A DNA stretch of 64,000 nucleotides from Eledone cirrhosa (GCA_964016885.1 OZ024743.1:35774001-35838000), one strand, 5' to 3'; positions 24,341-37,118 are shown, counted from the first letter of the stretch. Notes: a model not told the origin generated them from the sequence alone. Made by a program: numbers and translations.

Positions 24341-24525
24341 TGTTTCTACTTTAGGCACAAGGCCAGCAATTACCCAGTGCATTACTGGTACTTTATTTTA
24401 TCGACCCCGTAAGGATGAAAGGCAAAGTCAACCTCGGCGGGATTTGAACTCAGATCGTAAAGGGACGTAACTATGCTGGAAAGCATGGCGTCCGACCCTC
24501 TACTGATACTGCCAATCCACCGCCC
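24341..24525 (-). mobile_element. full-length Meta-domain SINE with 17-bp TSD
   Basis: TTTTACAAATAAATAAT at 24324-24340 and 24526-24542. Confidence 0.93.
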
Positions 24526-24554
24526 TTTTACAAATAAATAATGATTTTTAATTT

Positions 24555-24737
24555 TGATTTCTAATTTAGGCACTAGGCCAACAATTTATGGGTTGGGAAA
24601 AGTCGATCAAATCGACCTCACTACTTGATCAGTATTTTATTTTATCGATCCCAGAAAAATGAAAGACAAAGTTGACCTCGGAGTGATTTGAACCCACAAC
24701 GTCAAGAGCCGTATTTGACGAATCTGACAATCCACCG
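24555..24737 (-). mobile_element. older Meta-domain SINE
   Basis: Diverged match to the same family. Confidence 0.8.
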
Positions 24738-25609
24738 CAATAAAGAAAATAATATTTCAATGAATAAGTAAATCAATAAATTGAAGTATAAATAAGTAAA
24801 TTAATAGACAAATAAATTAATTAATCAATAAATATATAAATAAATGGAAAAACTTCCGTTTGTAAAAGAAACCAATTCTGTAGAATTCAAGTGTCTTGAT
24901 TCCAAATAAATTTGTTAACTTTAGGTGGCGTAGTGGCTCACTTGAAATGAATATCATTATCATGTAGCTTTTGAAGGGGGCAGGTACACGTAAATTTGTA
25001 TGGGTATTGTCATGTTTCAAGGGGATGTACTTTAACTTTATGTAATATATTTTCACAGCAAGTCAGGGACAGGCAGCGGTGGAAGATCTGTGCGTATGAG
25101 AGAAGGGAGGGGACTGATCCCTTCAACGTAACAATATTGGTGTACATTTTGTTTGAACAGTTGCTGTTATTGCTGTTGTTGTTTATTGTGGTGGCAGTGG
25201 CGGTGGTGGTGGTTGTGGTGGAGGAGAGGTAGGCTATGGGTTCGTAAGAAACATTAACATATACACTGTTTTCTTCAGTTTCATATCACACCCTCCCACT
25301 CCCTCCACGATCTCGACGAATATTTTAATGATCATCGTTTCACTTTCCAGCTGCTTTCACACAACAAAGGACTTTCTCCTTGTTCCTACACACTAAAACC
25401 CCTTTCCCCGCCACCTCTCTGCTTGCCTGTCTGTCAGCCTGCCTCTCTGTCTATTCACCAATCGATCCATCCAACCATCTATCTATATGCCTTTCACACT
25501 ATCTCGTTCTTTAGTTCTATGTCTGTTTGTTATCCTTCCGTCAACTGTCCAGTCAGCTAAACTTTGTCTGTCTGTCTGTCTGTCTGTATGTATTTTTCTT
25601 TTGTGGAGC

Positions 25610-25968
25610 GAGTGACTTCTAGTCTTCATTAAGAGATCTTTTTAGGAGAAAGTCACTCTGATATGAAACCTGCAACTTCATTTGCATCCAATGATGTAGA
25701 TCAGTTCTATTTTTTGGGTAAATGCATTCGATGTTTAGAGAGCGGGATTGGCTCCGTGTAAAGCATTAAAAAAGCTTCAAGCACAGGCATCGCTTGATAT
25801 GTGACATTTGGGCAAGTCCCCAGCAGGACTAAGAAGCCACGTCCGTGATGCTCATGCTGAAGTATCAAGCGATGGCATTACTCGAAATCGAGTTACATAC
25901 ATACATGTATGTATGTATGTATGTATGTATGTATGTATGTATGTATGTATGTATGTATGTATGTATGT
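25610..25968 (+). mobile_element. diverged relative of the non-autonomous RTE derivative, with (TATG)n tail
   Basis: TAGGAGAAAGTCACTCTGATAT..CCTGCAAC, ATCCAATGATG, AAAAGCTTCA..GCACAGGCAT and KSPAGLRSHVR match the minus strand of 28738-29346. Confidence 0.7.
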
Positions 25969-26229
25969 ATTTTCTCCCCAAACTACCAAAACACACATAT
26001 TTAGATATGAGCTACATAAATTGTAGCGTGTTATGTATTGTGGCCATTTTAGAGTGCAAAGAGCTAAATTAATCAGAAAATTGACCAAATTTACCCCCCC
26101 CCCCCTCAATTCGGAAATGCTTCTAGCGACCCTGCATCCACTGGCATATGCGGGAAACCGCACTGACTTTAAATCCGGCCCTATATATATATATATATAT
26201 ATAATTAGAAAGTGAACAACACAAAATAT

Positions 26230-26765
26230 GCAACCAAGCGCATACCCTCCATCAGATACCTACCATACTCTGAACACCTTGCTTCCCTGGGCATGGATTC
26301 ATTGAAGCTCCGACGTCTGGCAATGGACTTGGTAAACACCCACAAAGTTATTAACCATCTCGCCAACAACATCCCTGAGCACCTTTTTGATCTCCATGTG
26401 TCTAACACACGTGGACATGCCTACAAAATCAGAAAACAGCACAGCTCCCATGACTTTCGTAGACATTTTTTCACACTCAGAGTTGCTGAAGCACGGAACA
26501 AACTGGCTGCGTCAGTTGTTAGCTGCCGAGACACTGCATCCTTTAAGACACTCATGCTTCCCGAAATTCGCCAAAACTACACCTGATGTACCCCTTCCAT
26601 ACACATGCACATATGTGTATATCATGACTCATGCACTGTTCATTTTCCTGACGTTTGTACATTACTCTATGTACTATACATACACTTTTGATGAGTTGTA
26701 GTGCATCTGAGCACTGTACAGAATATTTTCATTATTATTATAACCACAATATTTCATTATTATTA
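26230..26765 (+). mobile_element. CR1-group LINE 3' fragment
   Basis: ATKRIP..LPYSE.L..L...SL..RR...DL..TRGH.YK....RRHFF..RV..NKL C-terminal signature; (ATT)n tail. Confidence 0.85.
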
Positions 26766-26774
26766 TAACTACTA

Positions 26775-26960
26775 GGGGCGGTGGATTGGCAGTATTGGTA
26801 GAGGGTCGGGCGCCATGCTTTCCAGCATAGTTATGTCCCTTTACGGTCTGAGTTCAAATCCCGCCGAGGTTGACTTTGCCTTTCATCCTTACGGGGTCGA
26901 TAAAATAAAGTACCAGTAATGCACTGGGTAATTGCTGGCCTTGTGCCAAAAGTAGGAACA
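26775..26960 (+). mobile_element. full-length Meta-domain SINE
   Basis: Flanked by ATTATTATTATAACTACT on both sides. Confidence 0.92.
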
Positions 26961-27164
26961 ATTATTATTATAACTACTCCATTACCAAAGGTTTCTATCT
27001 TACGAACGATCCAGACGTATATTATTATCGTCTGTGATCCAGAAACCTTTGGTAATGGAGTAGTTATATTTTGTGTTGTTCACTTTCTAATTAAATAGCT
27101 CTGTTCTATACATAGAGCACTCTTTTTTCTTTTGCTTTTCATTTCGAATTACCTAACACACACG

Positions 27165-27225
<61 letters not shown>

Positions 27226-27227
27226 TG

Positions 27228-27258
<31 letters not shown>

Positions 27259-27269
27259 ATATATGTATA

Positions 27270-27300
<31 letters not shown>

Positions 27301-27453
27301 GTTGGTTGCTATACATAGCTTAGAAAGGTGTTTTATAGAAGATAAACGTGACCCGTGGTCGCTTGCTTGATCTGATCTGTTGGGGATGAAGGCATGCATA
27401 CATACAATGATATACATGGCATATTCACCCCAAATACTCTGATAGAAAATAAT

Positions 27454-27539
27454 TGTTTCTACTTTTGGCACAAAGCCAGCAATTTTCCCAGTGCATTACT
27501 GGTACTTTATTTTATCGACCCCGTAAGAATGAAAGGCAA
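27454..27539 (-). mobile_element. 5'-truncated Meta-domain SINE
   Basis: AGAAAATAAT direct repeat at 27444-27453 and 27540-27549. Confidence 0.8.
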
Positions 27540-28001
27540 AGAAAATAATACTGACTGAATGTTCCTATAAAAACTTCTATGAAATGTAAGCATAAAAGAT
27601 TATGAGACTCTTCTTATATAAAGTCTGCATTAAAGAATCTTTTTGGGAATGACAATTTGTATAAAATGATGCCACTCTTTTTTACACTTTGATGACACAC
27701 ACTCGGATCGGATTAAGGAAACAATGTTTTAATTGGTCTTTCTAATCTTTAGAGATGGGTTTCAGAGAACTAGAAAAGACTCAACTAAGAAATTATTATT
27801 TATTACAAGCCATTAATGGAACTGTGAAATATAAATAAAACATCCCGAAAATTTGGATCTACGCGTAAACAGATCCACATATACAATGTACACATGTATG
27901 CAGACATGTGTATCATGCATGTCGACATACATACATACATACATACATACGTACATACGTACATACATATATACATACGTACATACATACATACATACAT
28001 A

Positions 28002-28227
28002 CTATATACCAACCCGCTTGGACCAAAGTATGACTGAACTTGAATTTGCGGACAAAGAGCGCAGTCCCTAATTCATAGTCTACAAATGGCTGCGATAGCT
28101 GGCACCTTCAAAATTTGCATAACATTCTTGCGATTCAAGGGATGACAATTTCTTTTCTTTTATAACCTTGCTACCAGGAAGGTGGCCGGTCAAAAAAATA
28201 TACTTGAAATTAAGAGAAAGAGATAAC
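28002..28227 (+). mobile_element. R4/Dong-type LINE 3' fragment within (CATA)n
   Basis: YIPTRLDQSMTELEFADKER..LIHSLQMAAIAGTFKICITFLRFKG*, homologous to 31600-31845. Confidence 0.8.
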
Positions 28228-28259
28228 ATACATACATACATACATACATACATAAAGAC

Positions 28260-28667
28260 ATGGTGGCTGCCAACTCGTTTTCGAGTACGGCCACTACTTT
28301 CTATACATGTAGAGGAACCCCTACCGATGTGCTGAACAACTGTGATTTTTTAGTCCAGCCAGCGACTTGAAAACTCTGGTACAAACACGACACTTGTGAC
28401 AATTATTGACACATAGTGCTGGGCCCATCGTACCATGTGACGACAAGTGCAGAGAGATCTCCAGATATAAAGCAATGCCTGTGCCGTGAAGCTTTTATAG
28501 TGAGCAAAGGCACTGCACAAAGCCAGTCCCACTCTCTTAACCAAGATGATATTTACCAAAAAGAAGAACAAGTCAACATCATTGGATACCATCAGGGTTG
28601 CAGGTGTTATATCAGAGTTTTCCTTCTCCTAGAATTCTGCCTTGACAAAGGCTAAGGGGTCATCTCT
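28260..28667 (-). mobile_element. non-autonomous RTE derivative, 5'-truncated copy
   Basis: Matches the 3' ~410 bp of the 600-bp element. Confidence 0.8.
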
Positions 28668-28706
28668 ACATGCATACATACATACATACATACATACATA
28701 CATACA

Positions 28707-28737
<31 letters not shown>

Positions 28738-28739
<2 letters not shown>

Positions 28740-29346
28740 GGTGGCTGCCAACTCGTTTTCGAGTACGGCCACTACTTTATATCCATGTAGGAGAACCCCT
28801 ACTGATGCGCTGAACGAGTGTGACTTTTTAGTCCAGCCAGCGACTTGAAAGCTCTGGTACAAACACTACACTTGTGACAATTATTGACACATAGTGCTGG
28901 GCCCATGGTACCATGTGACGACAAATGCAGAGAGATCTCCAGATATAAAGCAATGCCTGTGCCGTGAAGCTTTTATAGTGAGCAAAGGCACTGCACAAAG
29001 CCAGTCCCACTCTCTTAACCAAGATGATATTTACCAAAAAGAAGAACAAGTCAACATCATTGGATACCATCAGGGTTGCAGGTGTTATATCAGAGTTTTC
29101 CTTCTCCTAGAATTCTGCCTTGACAAAGGCTAAGGGGTCATCTCTCCCGGTGATTTTGGATGGCCATTGACTCTTAAGAGCTCCTTTGCCTTTTGACAGG
29201 TTTTGTTTTTAGTCCTGCAGGATGTCCAAAGTCACCCTCCTCACCAAGAAACCTTGGTGGGGTTGCCAGTTTAGTCGCCAACGACCCGACCATGGGACAG
29301 GTTGTACTGGAATACATGTTACCAGTAGCACCAACTGGTGACCTGA
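28738..29346 (-). mobile_element. non-autonomous RTE derivative (~600 bp)
   Basis: Minus strand has the RTE 5'-UTR-like motif CTAGGAGAAGGAAAACTCTGA, a terminal C2H2 finger remnant and a (TATG)n tail. Confidence 0.8.
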
Positions 29347-29425
29347 CATAATATATATATATACATACATACATACATACATACGTATATACATACATAC
29401 ATACATATATATATACATACATACA

Positions 29426-29459
<34 letters not shown>

Positions 29460-29528
29460 CATACATACATACATATATACAAACATACATACATACAAAC
29501 ATACGTACGTACATACATATATATATAT

Positions 29529-29559
<31 letters not shown>

Positions 29560-29620
29560 CATACATACATACGTACATACGTACATACATACATACATAC
29601 ATACATACATACATACATAC

Positions 29621-30226
29621 ATGGTGGCTGCCAACTCGTTTTCGAGTACGGCCACTACTTTATATCCATGTAGGAGGACTCCTACCGATGCGCTGAACGA
29701 GTGTGACTTTTCAGTCCGGCCAGCGACTTGAAAACTTTGGTACAAACACTACACATGTGACAATTATTGACACATAGTGCTGGGCCCATGGTACCATGTG
29801 ACGACAAGTGCAGAGAGATCTCCAGATATAAAGCAATGCCTGTGCCGTGAAGTTTTTATAGTGAGCAAAGGCACTGCACAAAGCCAGTCCCACTCTCTTA
29901 ACCAAGATGATATGTACCAAAAAGAAGAACAAGTCAACATTATTGGATACCATCAGGGTTGCAGGTGTGATATCAGAGTTTTCCTTCTCCTAGAATTCTG
30001 CCTTGACAAAGGCTAAGGGGTCATCTCTCCCGGTGATTTTGGATGGCCATTGACTCTTAAGAGCTCCTTTGCCCTTTGACAGGTTTTGTTTTTAGTCCTG
30101 CAGGATGTCCAAAGTCACCCTCCTCACCAAGAAACCTTGGTGGGGTTGCCAGTTTAGTCGCCAACGACCCGACCATGGGACAGGTTGTACTGGGATACAT
30201 GTTACCAGTAGCACCAACTGGTGACC
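29621..30226 (-). mobile_element. non-autonomous RTE derivative (~600 bp)
   Basis: Near-identical to 28738-29346. Confidence 0.8.
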
Positions 30227-30258
30227 ATACATACATACATACGTACATACATATATAT

Positions 30259-30289
<31 letters not shown>

Positions 30290-30377
30290 CAAACATACAT
30301 ACAAACATACGTACGTACATACATATATATATATACATACATACATACATACATATATATATACATACATACATACA

Positions 30378-30411
<34 letters not shown>

Positions 30412-30469
30412 CAAACATACATACATACAAACATACGTACGTACATACATATATATATATATACATACA

Positions 30470-30503
<34 letters not shown>

Positions 30504-30669
30504 CATACATACATACGTACATACGTACATACATACATACATACATACATACATACATACATACGTACGTACGTACATACATACATACATACATACATAC
30601 ATACATACATACATACATACATACGTACGTACGTACATACATACATACATACATACATACATACATACA

Positions 30670-30701
<32 letters not shown>

Positions 30702-30702
30702 C

Positions 30703-31845
30703 TAAACTGGCCATTGCAAGAATGAGCGAGATGGATATAAGGAAACTTTAACATCAGTGGTGACGTGGATAGGCCGGGGCCTACAATCCATATTACCATC
30801 ATACAAGACCGGGAGAATAACACTGAAACATTTTCAACAGAAGAAAAAGGTCAATAGCCATATTGCCCAAGTTTATGAGCATGAGAATAACAACATAGTT
30901 AGGATAGCCACTGATGTGGAAGAGAGAAATGAAACCTGGTACGATTCTCTCTCCCAGCTACTTTGGAAGACTCGACTCAAGACTCGAACAAAATAAAAAA
31001 TGGACCAATTCATTTAGAAATAAAACATAAACCATAGAGGGGATAAACCATATTAAAAGCCTGACATGGAGTTCCAACACGTTCATAACATTCCATCTTA
31101 AAGAATATCTCCATGAAATCTGGTAATAAGAAATTGCCACCATGTACCTAGTGCACAAAAGAGGAAGGTCTTCAGTTGACAATAAATGTAGGATATGAAA
31201 AACAATGACTGAAGATGTTAGCCCCATTATTGACAACTGTAAAACATGTCTTCTCGTTACTACCACCACATGATACATGGTGTGGTAGCTAGAACGATCT
31301 AGAATGCATTAGGGAAGACGAAAATGAAATCAATAGTGAAGAATATGTTAATACTGATGGCTGAAAGGAATATTGATGGAACATAAAAATAAAAACTGTC
31401 ACCAAATCAAAGCCTAACCCGATATTGTTGTTTGGGACCACACATTAAAAACATGGTCAGTTGTAGAAGTCAGTTGTCCACTTGATGTCAATGTGATAAG
31501 AAAAATGCAAGACCATTGATGAGGACCATTGATGAGGTGTTTAGAGATTCAGTATCCAAGATACTCGTTCAGCTCCATATATGTCATTATTGGAGCTACA
31601 GGTATATACCAACTCACCTGGACTAAAGTATTATAGAACTTGGATTTGTGGAGAAAGAACGTCGCTACTTAATTCATAAGCTACATATGGCGTGATATCT
31701 GGAACCTTCCAAATTTGTAAAACATTCTTTACAATTCAAAGGATGAATACTTACACAAGAGACGACGACAATTTTCTTTCTCTACAGCCTTGCCACCGGG
31801 AAGGTGGCCGGTCAAAAATAAACTCAAAATTAAGAGAGAGAACAC
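30703..31845 (+). mobile_element. decayed R4/Dong-clade non-LTR retrotransposon (RT thumb to RLE endonuclease plus 3' UTR)
   Basis: Fragments GNFNISGDVDR, GRGL, PDIVVWD..VVEVSCPLDVN, VIIGATG, ISGTFQICKTF with frameshifts; starts at a (CATA)n tract. Confidence 0.8.
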
Positions 31846-33488
31846 AGACCCCCCCCCCCCCCCCCCCCACACACACACATCTATAAACACGTATATCCAT
31901 ACACAAACATGTAGCGTGTTTGTATGCCTGAGTTACTCTTCGCTTCTTTGTCCTACAGACTGTCCGTTTTTCTTTCTCTTCGGGTCTACATACATTTTGG
32001 ATCGTCTGTAAACCTGATACTATGAATGTCTGTCAGTCTGTCTGTTTGTGTGTTGGTTGTTTCTTCCTCTTTTCCAATCATCTTACCCGAGTGATTGACA
32101 CTCCGTCTATTTATCACCCTCACTCGTCAACCAGGTTGTCTGTCTGTCCGTTTGTCTGTCTGTCCGTTTGTCTGTCTGTCTGTCTGTTTGTTTGTCTATC
32201 TGTGTTTCACTACATTAAAAAAAATATATATATTTTTTCCCCTTTTTTCCAACCCAACATCCCTCTTCCTCATATCCTTTATTTTCTCTATTTAACCGGT
32301 TCTGCTTGGATGATTTTTCATTTATGACATAGTAGGATATTTTACACCATCTGTGAGGGTTGGTGACGGGGAGTTTTTTTTTTCTTTCCTGTTTCTTTTT
32401 CCTTATTTTTTCACTGCCTTTTATCCATTCTTAGCCGAATAAGTACCAGTAATATCATTAGATCAGTCTAATCGACCGTGTTCCAGTTTCTCTGTCACCT
32501 ACATGCCTTCCCTTATCACTCAAAAAGAACTTATTGCGTACCTTTACATTTATCATGCTCACATACACACAAACAGACACACATATACACGTAAACACAC
32601 ATACGCGCGCAGGTCACACACACACTAACATATAAACACACACACACACACACACATGCACACACACACTTTCGTCCATTGGGAGAAACCAGCCGCGATG
32701 CAGTCGCACCAGACCTCCTCCCGTAATGATGTAAACAGCGAAGTGGACAACTGAAAACGTGGATTACTTCTATCAGGTCAGATCTTGAACTGATATCTGG
32801 TCCTGACTGTATGGTGGCAAGGTGGAGTATTTTCAGCGTCATTAGAAAGTCGGATTGAATGCCATGTCAATAAAGTACTGAGGTCGATTCTTTTTCTATA
32901 CCTTTTTCTCACTTCGTCTCTCTCTTTAGCCAAGTGTACCAGGGTGGCTCCCAAATACGCCAGTTGTTTGTCGTTCATCTTTTCAACAGTCTCATCCCAG
33001 AACCACATGGAATTACACTATAAAATTGCTCGTTCTCTCCATTGTCTTCATTAACTCCTTCCAGCTCTATCATCAATCCAACCTCTGTCAATTTCCTGGA
33101 TATCTCTGTTGCATCATAAATAGAAGTTGGAGCTGGGGCATTAAAATATGTAGACATTTCACGGAATTAAAATTTACAGCATATCTTCCAGTCCGGCCTT
33201 CTGTTGTTTAAAATACTTTACTCCGTTTCCTGCACCAACCACTGAATACCACATCTATGATGGGTGACGTCCATAACGTTGAGTGCTTTAGTAATTCGTT
33301 GCATCATGATTTGCCTACCAGAACCACCAGTTCTACAATTAACTGATCAAAAGCTTGTTTCTCTAAATAAAGTTTTTAAAGAATCCTCTTTCTTTAAATC
33401 CATCAACCAATGACCTCCACCTATCCCAATTACCACCCTCTCCTACCACCAGAAAATGTATAAAAACCACCATATTACTTGCACAATC

Positions 33489-33533
33489 GGCTTCCTGATG
33501 ATTTCTCCCGAATGAAACAGTTCTGTAGAAGCC
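33489..33533 (+). ncRNA. type I hammerhead ribozyme
   Basis: Stem I GGCTTC/GAAGCC, CTGATGA, stem II TTC-TCCC-GAA, GAAA, stem III ACAG-TT-CTGT, GUA site. Confidence 0.82.
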
Positions 33534-33633
33534 ATTTCTATATTAAATATTTATACTCTGCTTTGTATTGAGTACCTTACTTACTGTGGTTACTCCCGAT
33601 TGAACCCGGGATAAACATATATATATATATATA

Positions 33634-33763
33634 TATTTATTAAAATAACAGATTAAAGTTTAAGCAAAGAATCGCTGCTTTCACCCTTAACGGGATCTTG
33701 ATCCCGTTAAGGGCCAAAGCAGCGATTCTTTGCTTAAACTTTAATCTGTTATTTTAATAAATA
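33634..33763. repeat. near-perfect 130-bp palindrome of a dispersed family
   Basis: Centre at 33698/33699; family pieces also at 14718-14795 and 23405-23540. Confidence 0.9.
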
Positions 33764-33834
33764 TTTGCTCTACGGTTCTTATATATTTGATATATATTTA
33801 TCCTTATCGAGCCCTCTTTGGAATTTAGTCTTCA

Positions 33835-34020
33835 ATTGGCAGTATCGGTAGAGGGTCGGACGCCATGCTTTGACGCATAGAGTTACGGCCCTTGCCATTC
33901 TGAGTTCAAATCCCGCCGAGGTTAACTTTGCCTTTCATCCTTACGGGGTCGATAAAATAAAGTACCAGTAATACACAAGGCAATTGCTGGCCTTGTACCA
34001 AAAGTAGAAACAATTATTAT
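33835..34020 (+). mobile_element. Meta-domain SINE
   Basis: Family consensus match. Confidence 0.9.
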
Positions 34021-34120
34021 TATATATATATATATAAGCAAAGAGATATTTAATTTGTTGGTAATTCAACAAATATATTTATAACAGATTCGAAGCACTC
34101 GACAAGTTTTCTGGAGTATA

Positions 34121-34447
34121 ATATCAATGATATTAATAAATGGAAACTATATTTATAAAACCATATTTATTATATTATATATATTTCAAGGGTACCAAAA
34201 CTTTGGTACGCACTCATCAGATAAAATACAAAATTTGTTTTATAAATAGTGACATACCCAGGAATCAGACCTTAACGGTTCAGGTTCCGTTTGAACCGTT
34301 AAGGTTTGATTCCTGGGTATGTCACTATTTATAAAACAAATTTTGTATTTTATCTGATGAGTGCGTACCAAAGTTTTGGTACCCTTGAAATATATATAAT
34401 AGAATAAATATGGTTTTATAAATATAGTTTCCATTTATTAATATCAT

Positions 34448-34453
<6 letters not shown>
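34121..34453. repeat. palindrome with 162-bp arms and 9-nt loop, each arm carrying a hammerhead
   Basis: Symmetric about 34287; abuts (TA)n. Confidence 0.93.
34346..34406 (+). ncRNA. minimal type I hammerhead ribozyme (mirror copy at 34168-34228 on the minus strand)
   Basis: Stem I TATTTTAT/ATAGAATA, CTGATGA, stem II GTACCAAA/TTTGGTAC, GAAA, ATAT loop, AUA site. Confidence 0.78.
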
Positions 34454-34515
<62 letters not shown>

Positions 34516-34521
34516 TATTAA

Positions 34522-34805
34522 CAGGGGCCTCTTTTGCCTTAAAAATTTGAGAGGGACCATGGTTAGTATTGATTACGGTGCCTTTCCCGGACCCTATCAA
34601 ATAAGTAACATTTTACGCTAATTAAATTTTATATATTCAAATGTAGTTCAGATATATAAAATAAGCTTAAAAAGAATTTATTATAGCAAATAAACAAAAA
34701 AACAAAAGAGGGTCTGTTCCCCGTTCCTGAAAAAAGTGTGTGTGTGTGTGTGTGGGGGGGGGGGGGGGACTTGTCCCTTCGGACTCCCCTGAAACAAGGC
34801 CCTTG
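34522..34805. mobile_element. hAT-type MITE
   Basis: TIR CAGGGGCCT / AGGCCCTTG; 8-bp TSD CCTATTAA/ACTATTAA. Confidence 0.65.
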
Positions 34806-35399
34806 ACTATTAATATTATAGGAATTCTTTCGTCAGAAGCTTCGCAGGTTTTGGTTCCGCATTCGAGGTGATTGAACAGAATAACACTTCCTTTCGTCTG
34901 TCTACATATATTGACCCATGCCAAGATAGAAAAGTCGATGCAACATATACATACTTGTCACACACACACACACACACACACACATACGTATACACGTATA
35001 TATATATATATATATATATGCACATATGTATGTATACATGCATACTTACAGACATACATGACTGTATATTCAAAGACATGTCTAATTTATTTCACATTTC
35101 TAATTACATGATAGATGTTTATTTAATTAAATTATATATACATAGATTATGTATTGTATAATTATTTATTATTCATTAGTGTCGGATAGCAACTAACCCT
35201 AATCTTATAATAAATTATATGTAAAGTATTGAATGACACACAAGTAGGCAAACACTATGAATATATAATATATAATATAAATTACGTATATGCTCGTAAA
35301 ATACGAATCTAATATGTTTAAATAACGTTGGATAATATGCATATGCAAACATTAGTTCAATGATCTACATTTTGAAGCATATATACATTTTTATAATAA

Positions 35400-35935
35400 T
35401 AATAATGGTTTCTGATTTAGGCACAAGGCCAGCAATTTTTTTGGGGAAAGGAAAGTCGCTTAAATCGACCTCAGTGAGTGACTGGTACATTATTTTATCG
35501 ACCTTGTAAGGATGAAAGGGAAAGCTAACTTCGGCGGGATTTGAACTCAGAACGTAAAGAGATATAACTCTATGCCGCAAAACAGAGTGTCCGACGCTCA
35601 ACCGATACTACCAATCCACCAAAAATCATAATAATAATTGCTTCTAGTTTAGGCACAAGGCCAGCAATTTTGGGGAGGGGAAAGTCGAATCAACCCCAGG
35701 GCGTGACTGGTACTTTATTTTATTGACTCCGTAATGATGAAAGGCAAAACTAACCTCGGTGGGATTTAACTCAGAATGTAAAATAATTGTTCCTACTTTA
35801 GGCAAAAGGCCAGCAATTTGAGGGATGAGGAAAATCAATTAAATCGACCCCAGTGTCTTACTGGTACTTTATTTTATCGACCCCGTAAAGAAGAAGGCAA
35901 AACTAACCTCGGCGCGATTTGAACTCAGAACGTAT
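35400..35935 (-). mobile_element. three head-to-tail Meta-domain SINE copies
   Basis: Units at about 35400-35620, 35630-35780 and 35783-35935. Confidence 0.85.
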
Positions 35936-36000
35936 AATAATAATAATAATATATGTATGCACGTTCAAAGCTATAACCTTTTTGATTATGCACATACATA

Positions 36001-36198
36001 GGGCGGTGGATTGGCAGTATCGGTAGAGGGTCGGACGCCATGCTTTGCAGCATAGAGTTACGGTCCTTTACGGTCCGAGTTCAAATCCCGCCGAGGTTAG
36101 CTTTGCCTTTCATCCTTACGGGGTCGATAAAATAAAGTACCAGTAATGTACTGGGTCGATTTAATCGACTTTCCCATCCCACCAAATTACTGGAAATT
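36001..36198 (+). mobile_element. Meta-domain SINE with 16-bp TSD
   Basis: ATTATGCACATACATA at 35985-36000 and 36199-36214. Confidence 0.92.
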
Positions 36199-36422
36199 AT
36201 TATGCACATACATACGTATCAAACACACTCTCACATAGACGTACATATAAATACGTGTATATTTTAAATAATATAGTATTGAAATTTTAAACACACATAT
36301 ATGTATACATGTGTGCATATATTAATTATATTCTTATATAGCAATGTTATTCTATATAATATGCGCATAGACTTTTAAAGACAGATTCAAACACACACAC
36401 ACACACACACACAATCACACGC

Positions 36423-36454
<32 letters not shown>

Positions 36455-36458
<4 letters not shown>

Positions 36459-36635
36459 GTTAGAGAATTGGATTCGCAATCATGATGTTGTGAGTTCGAT
36501 TCCTGGACCGGGTGATGCATTATGTCCTTGAACAAGACATTTTATTTCACGTTGCTCCTTCTACCGATAGATAGTACTAGCAATTTGAAAGACCAACGGA
36601 AACATTTTTCCTCGGTCCAATTGGACGAAATTCGA
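36455..36635 (+). mobile_element. V-domain-like SINE, second copy
   Basis: Matches 22420-22615. Confidence 0.72.
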
Positions 36636-36661
36636 TCGACTGTCGATATATAAATATATAT

Positions 36662-36775
<114 letters not shown>

Positions 36776-36987
36776 TTACATAATTCGTTCACACCATATA
36801 TATTACATCTGCAACCAATAGTTTTATAAACAAACGAAACCTGCAGGTCTGCAAACGGTATATATATAGAGAGATAGATATTATATTATATACAGAGAGA
36901 GAGGGAGAGAGAGAGAGAAGTAGTTCCATAACAGTTAATACACCATTTCGAGAAACAATTTGTTTCACCTCAAACGAATCATCATGA

Positions 36988-37118
36988 AACCCGGGTTCAA
37001 TCGGGGGGTACCCACAGCAAGTAAGGTACTCAAGTAGAGTGTAAACATCAAGTTTAATATAGAAGTCACTTATACAGGACTAGAACTGTTTCATTCGAAA
37101 GAAATCATCATGTATAGT
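36988..37118 (-). mobile_element. diverged pLTR fragment with decayed hammerhead (33489 family)
   Basis: Minus strand ATGATGA-TTTC-TTTC-GAAT-GAAACAG..CTGTA. Confidence 0.6.

Noticed and set aside
29255-29346. HDV-like ribozyme at the 5' end of the RTE derivative
   Set aside because: A P1-like pairing GGTCACCA/TGGCGACT exists on the minus strand, but I could not place P1.1, P2 and the catalytic J4/2 in the required order
28350-30016. Repeated 79-80-aa ORFs as a small multigene family
   Set aside because: They lie inside copies of one non-autonomous retroelement; conservation reflects recent copying
36001-36095. tRNA genes
   Set aside because: A/B boxes belong to SINE heads; no complete cloverleaf, and each continues into the SINE core and tail
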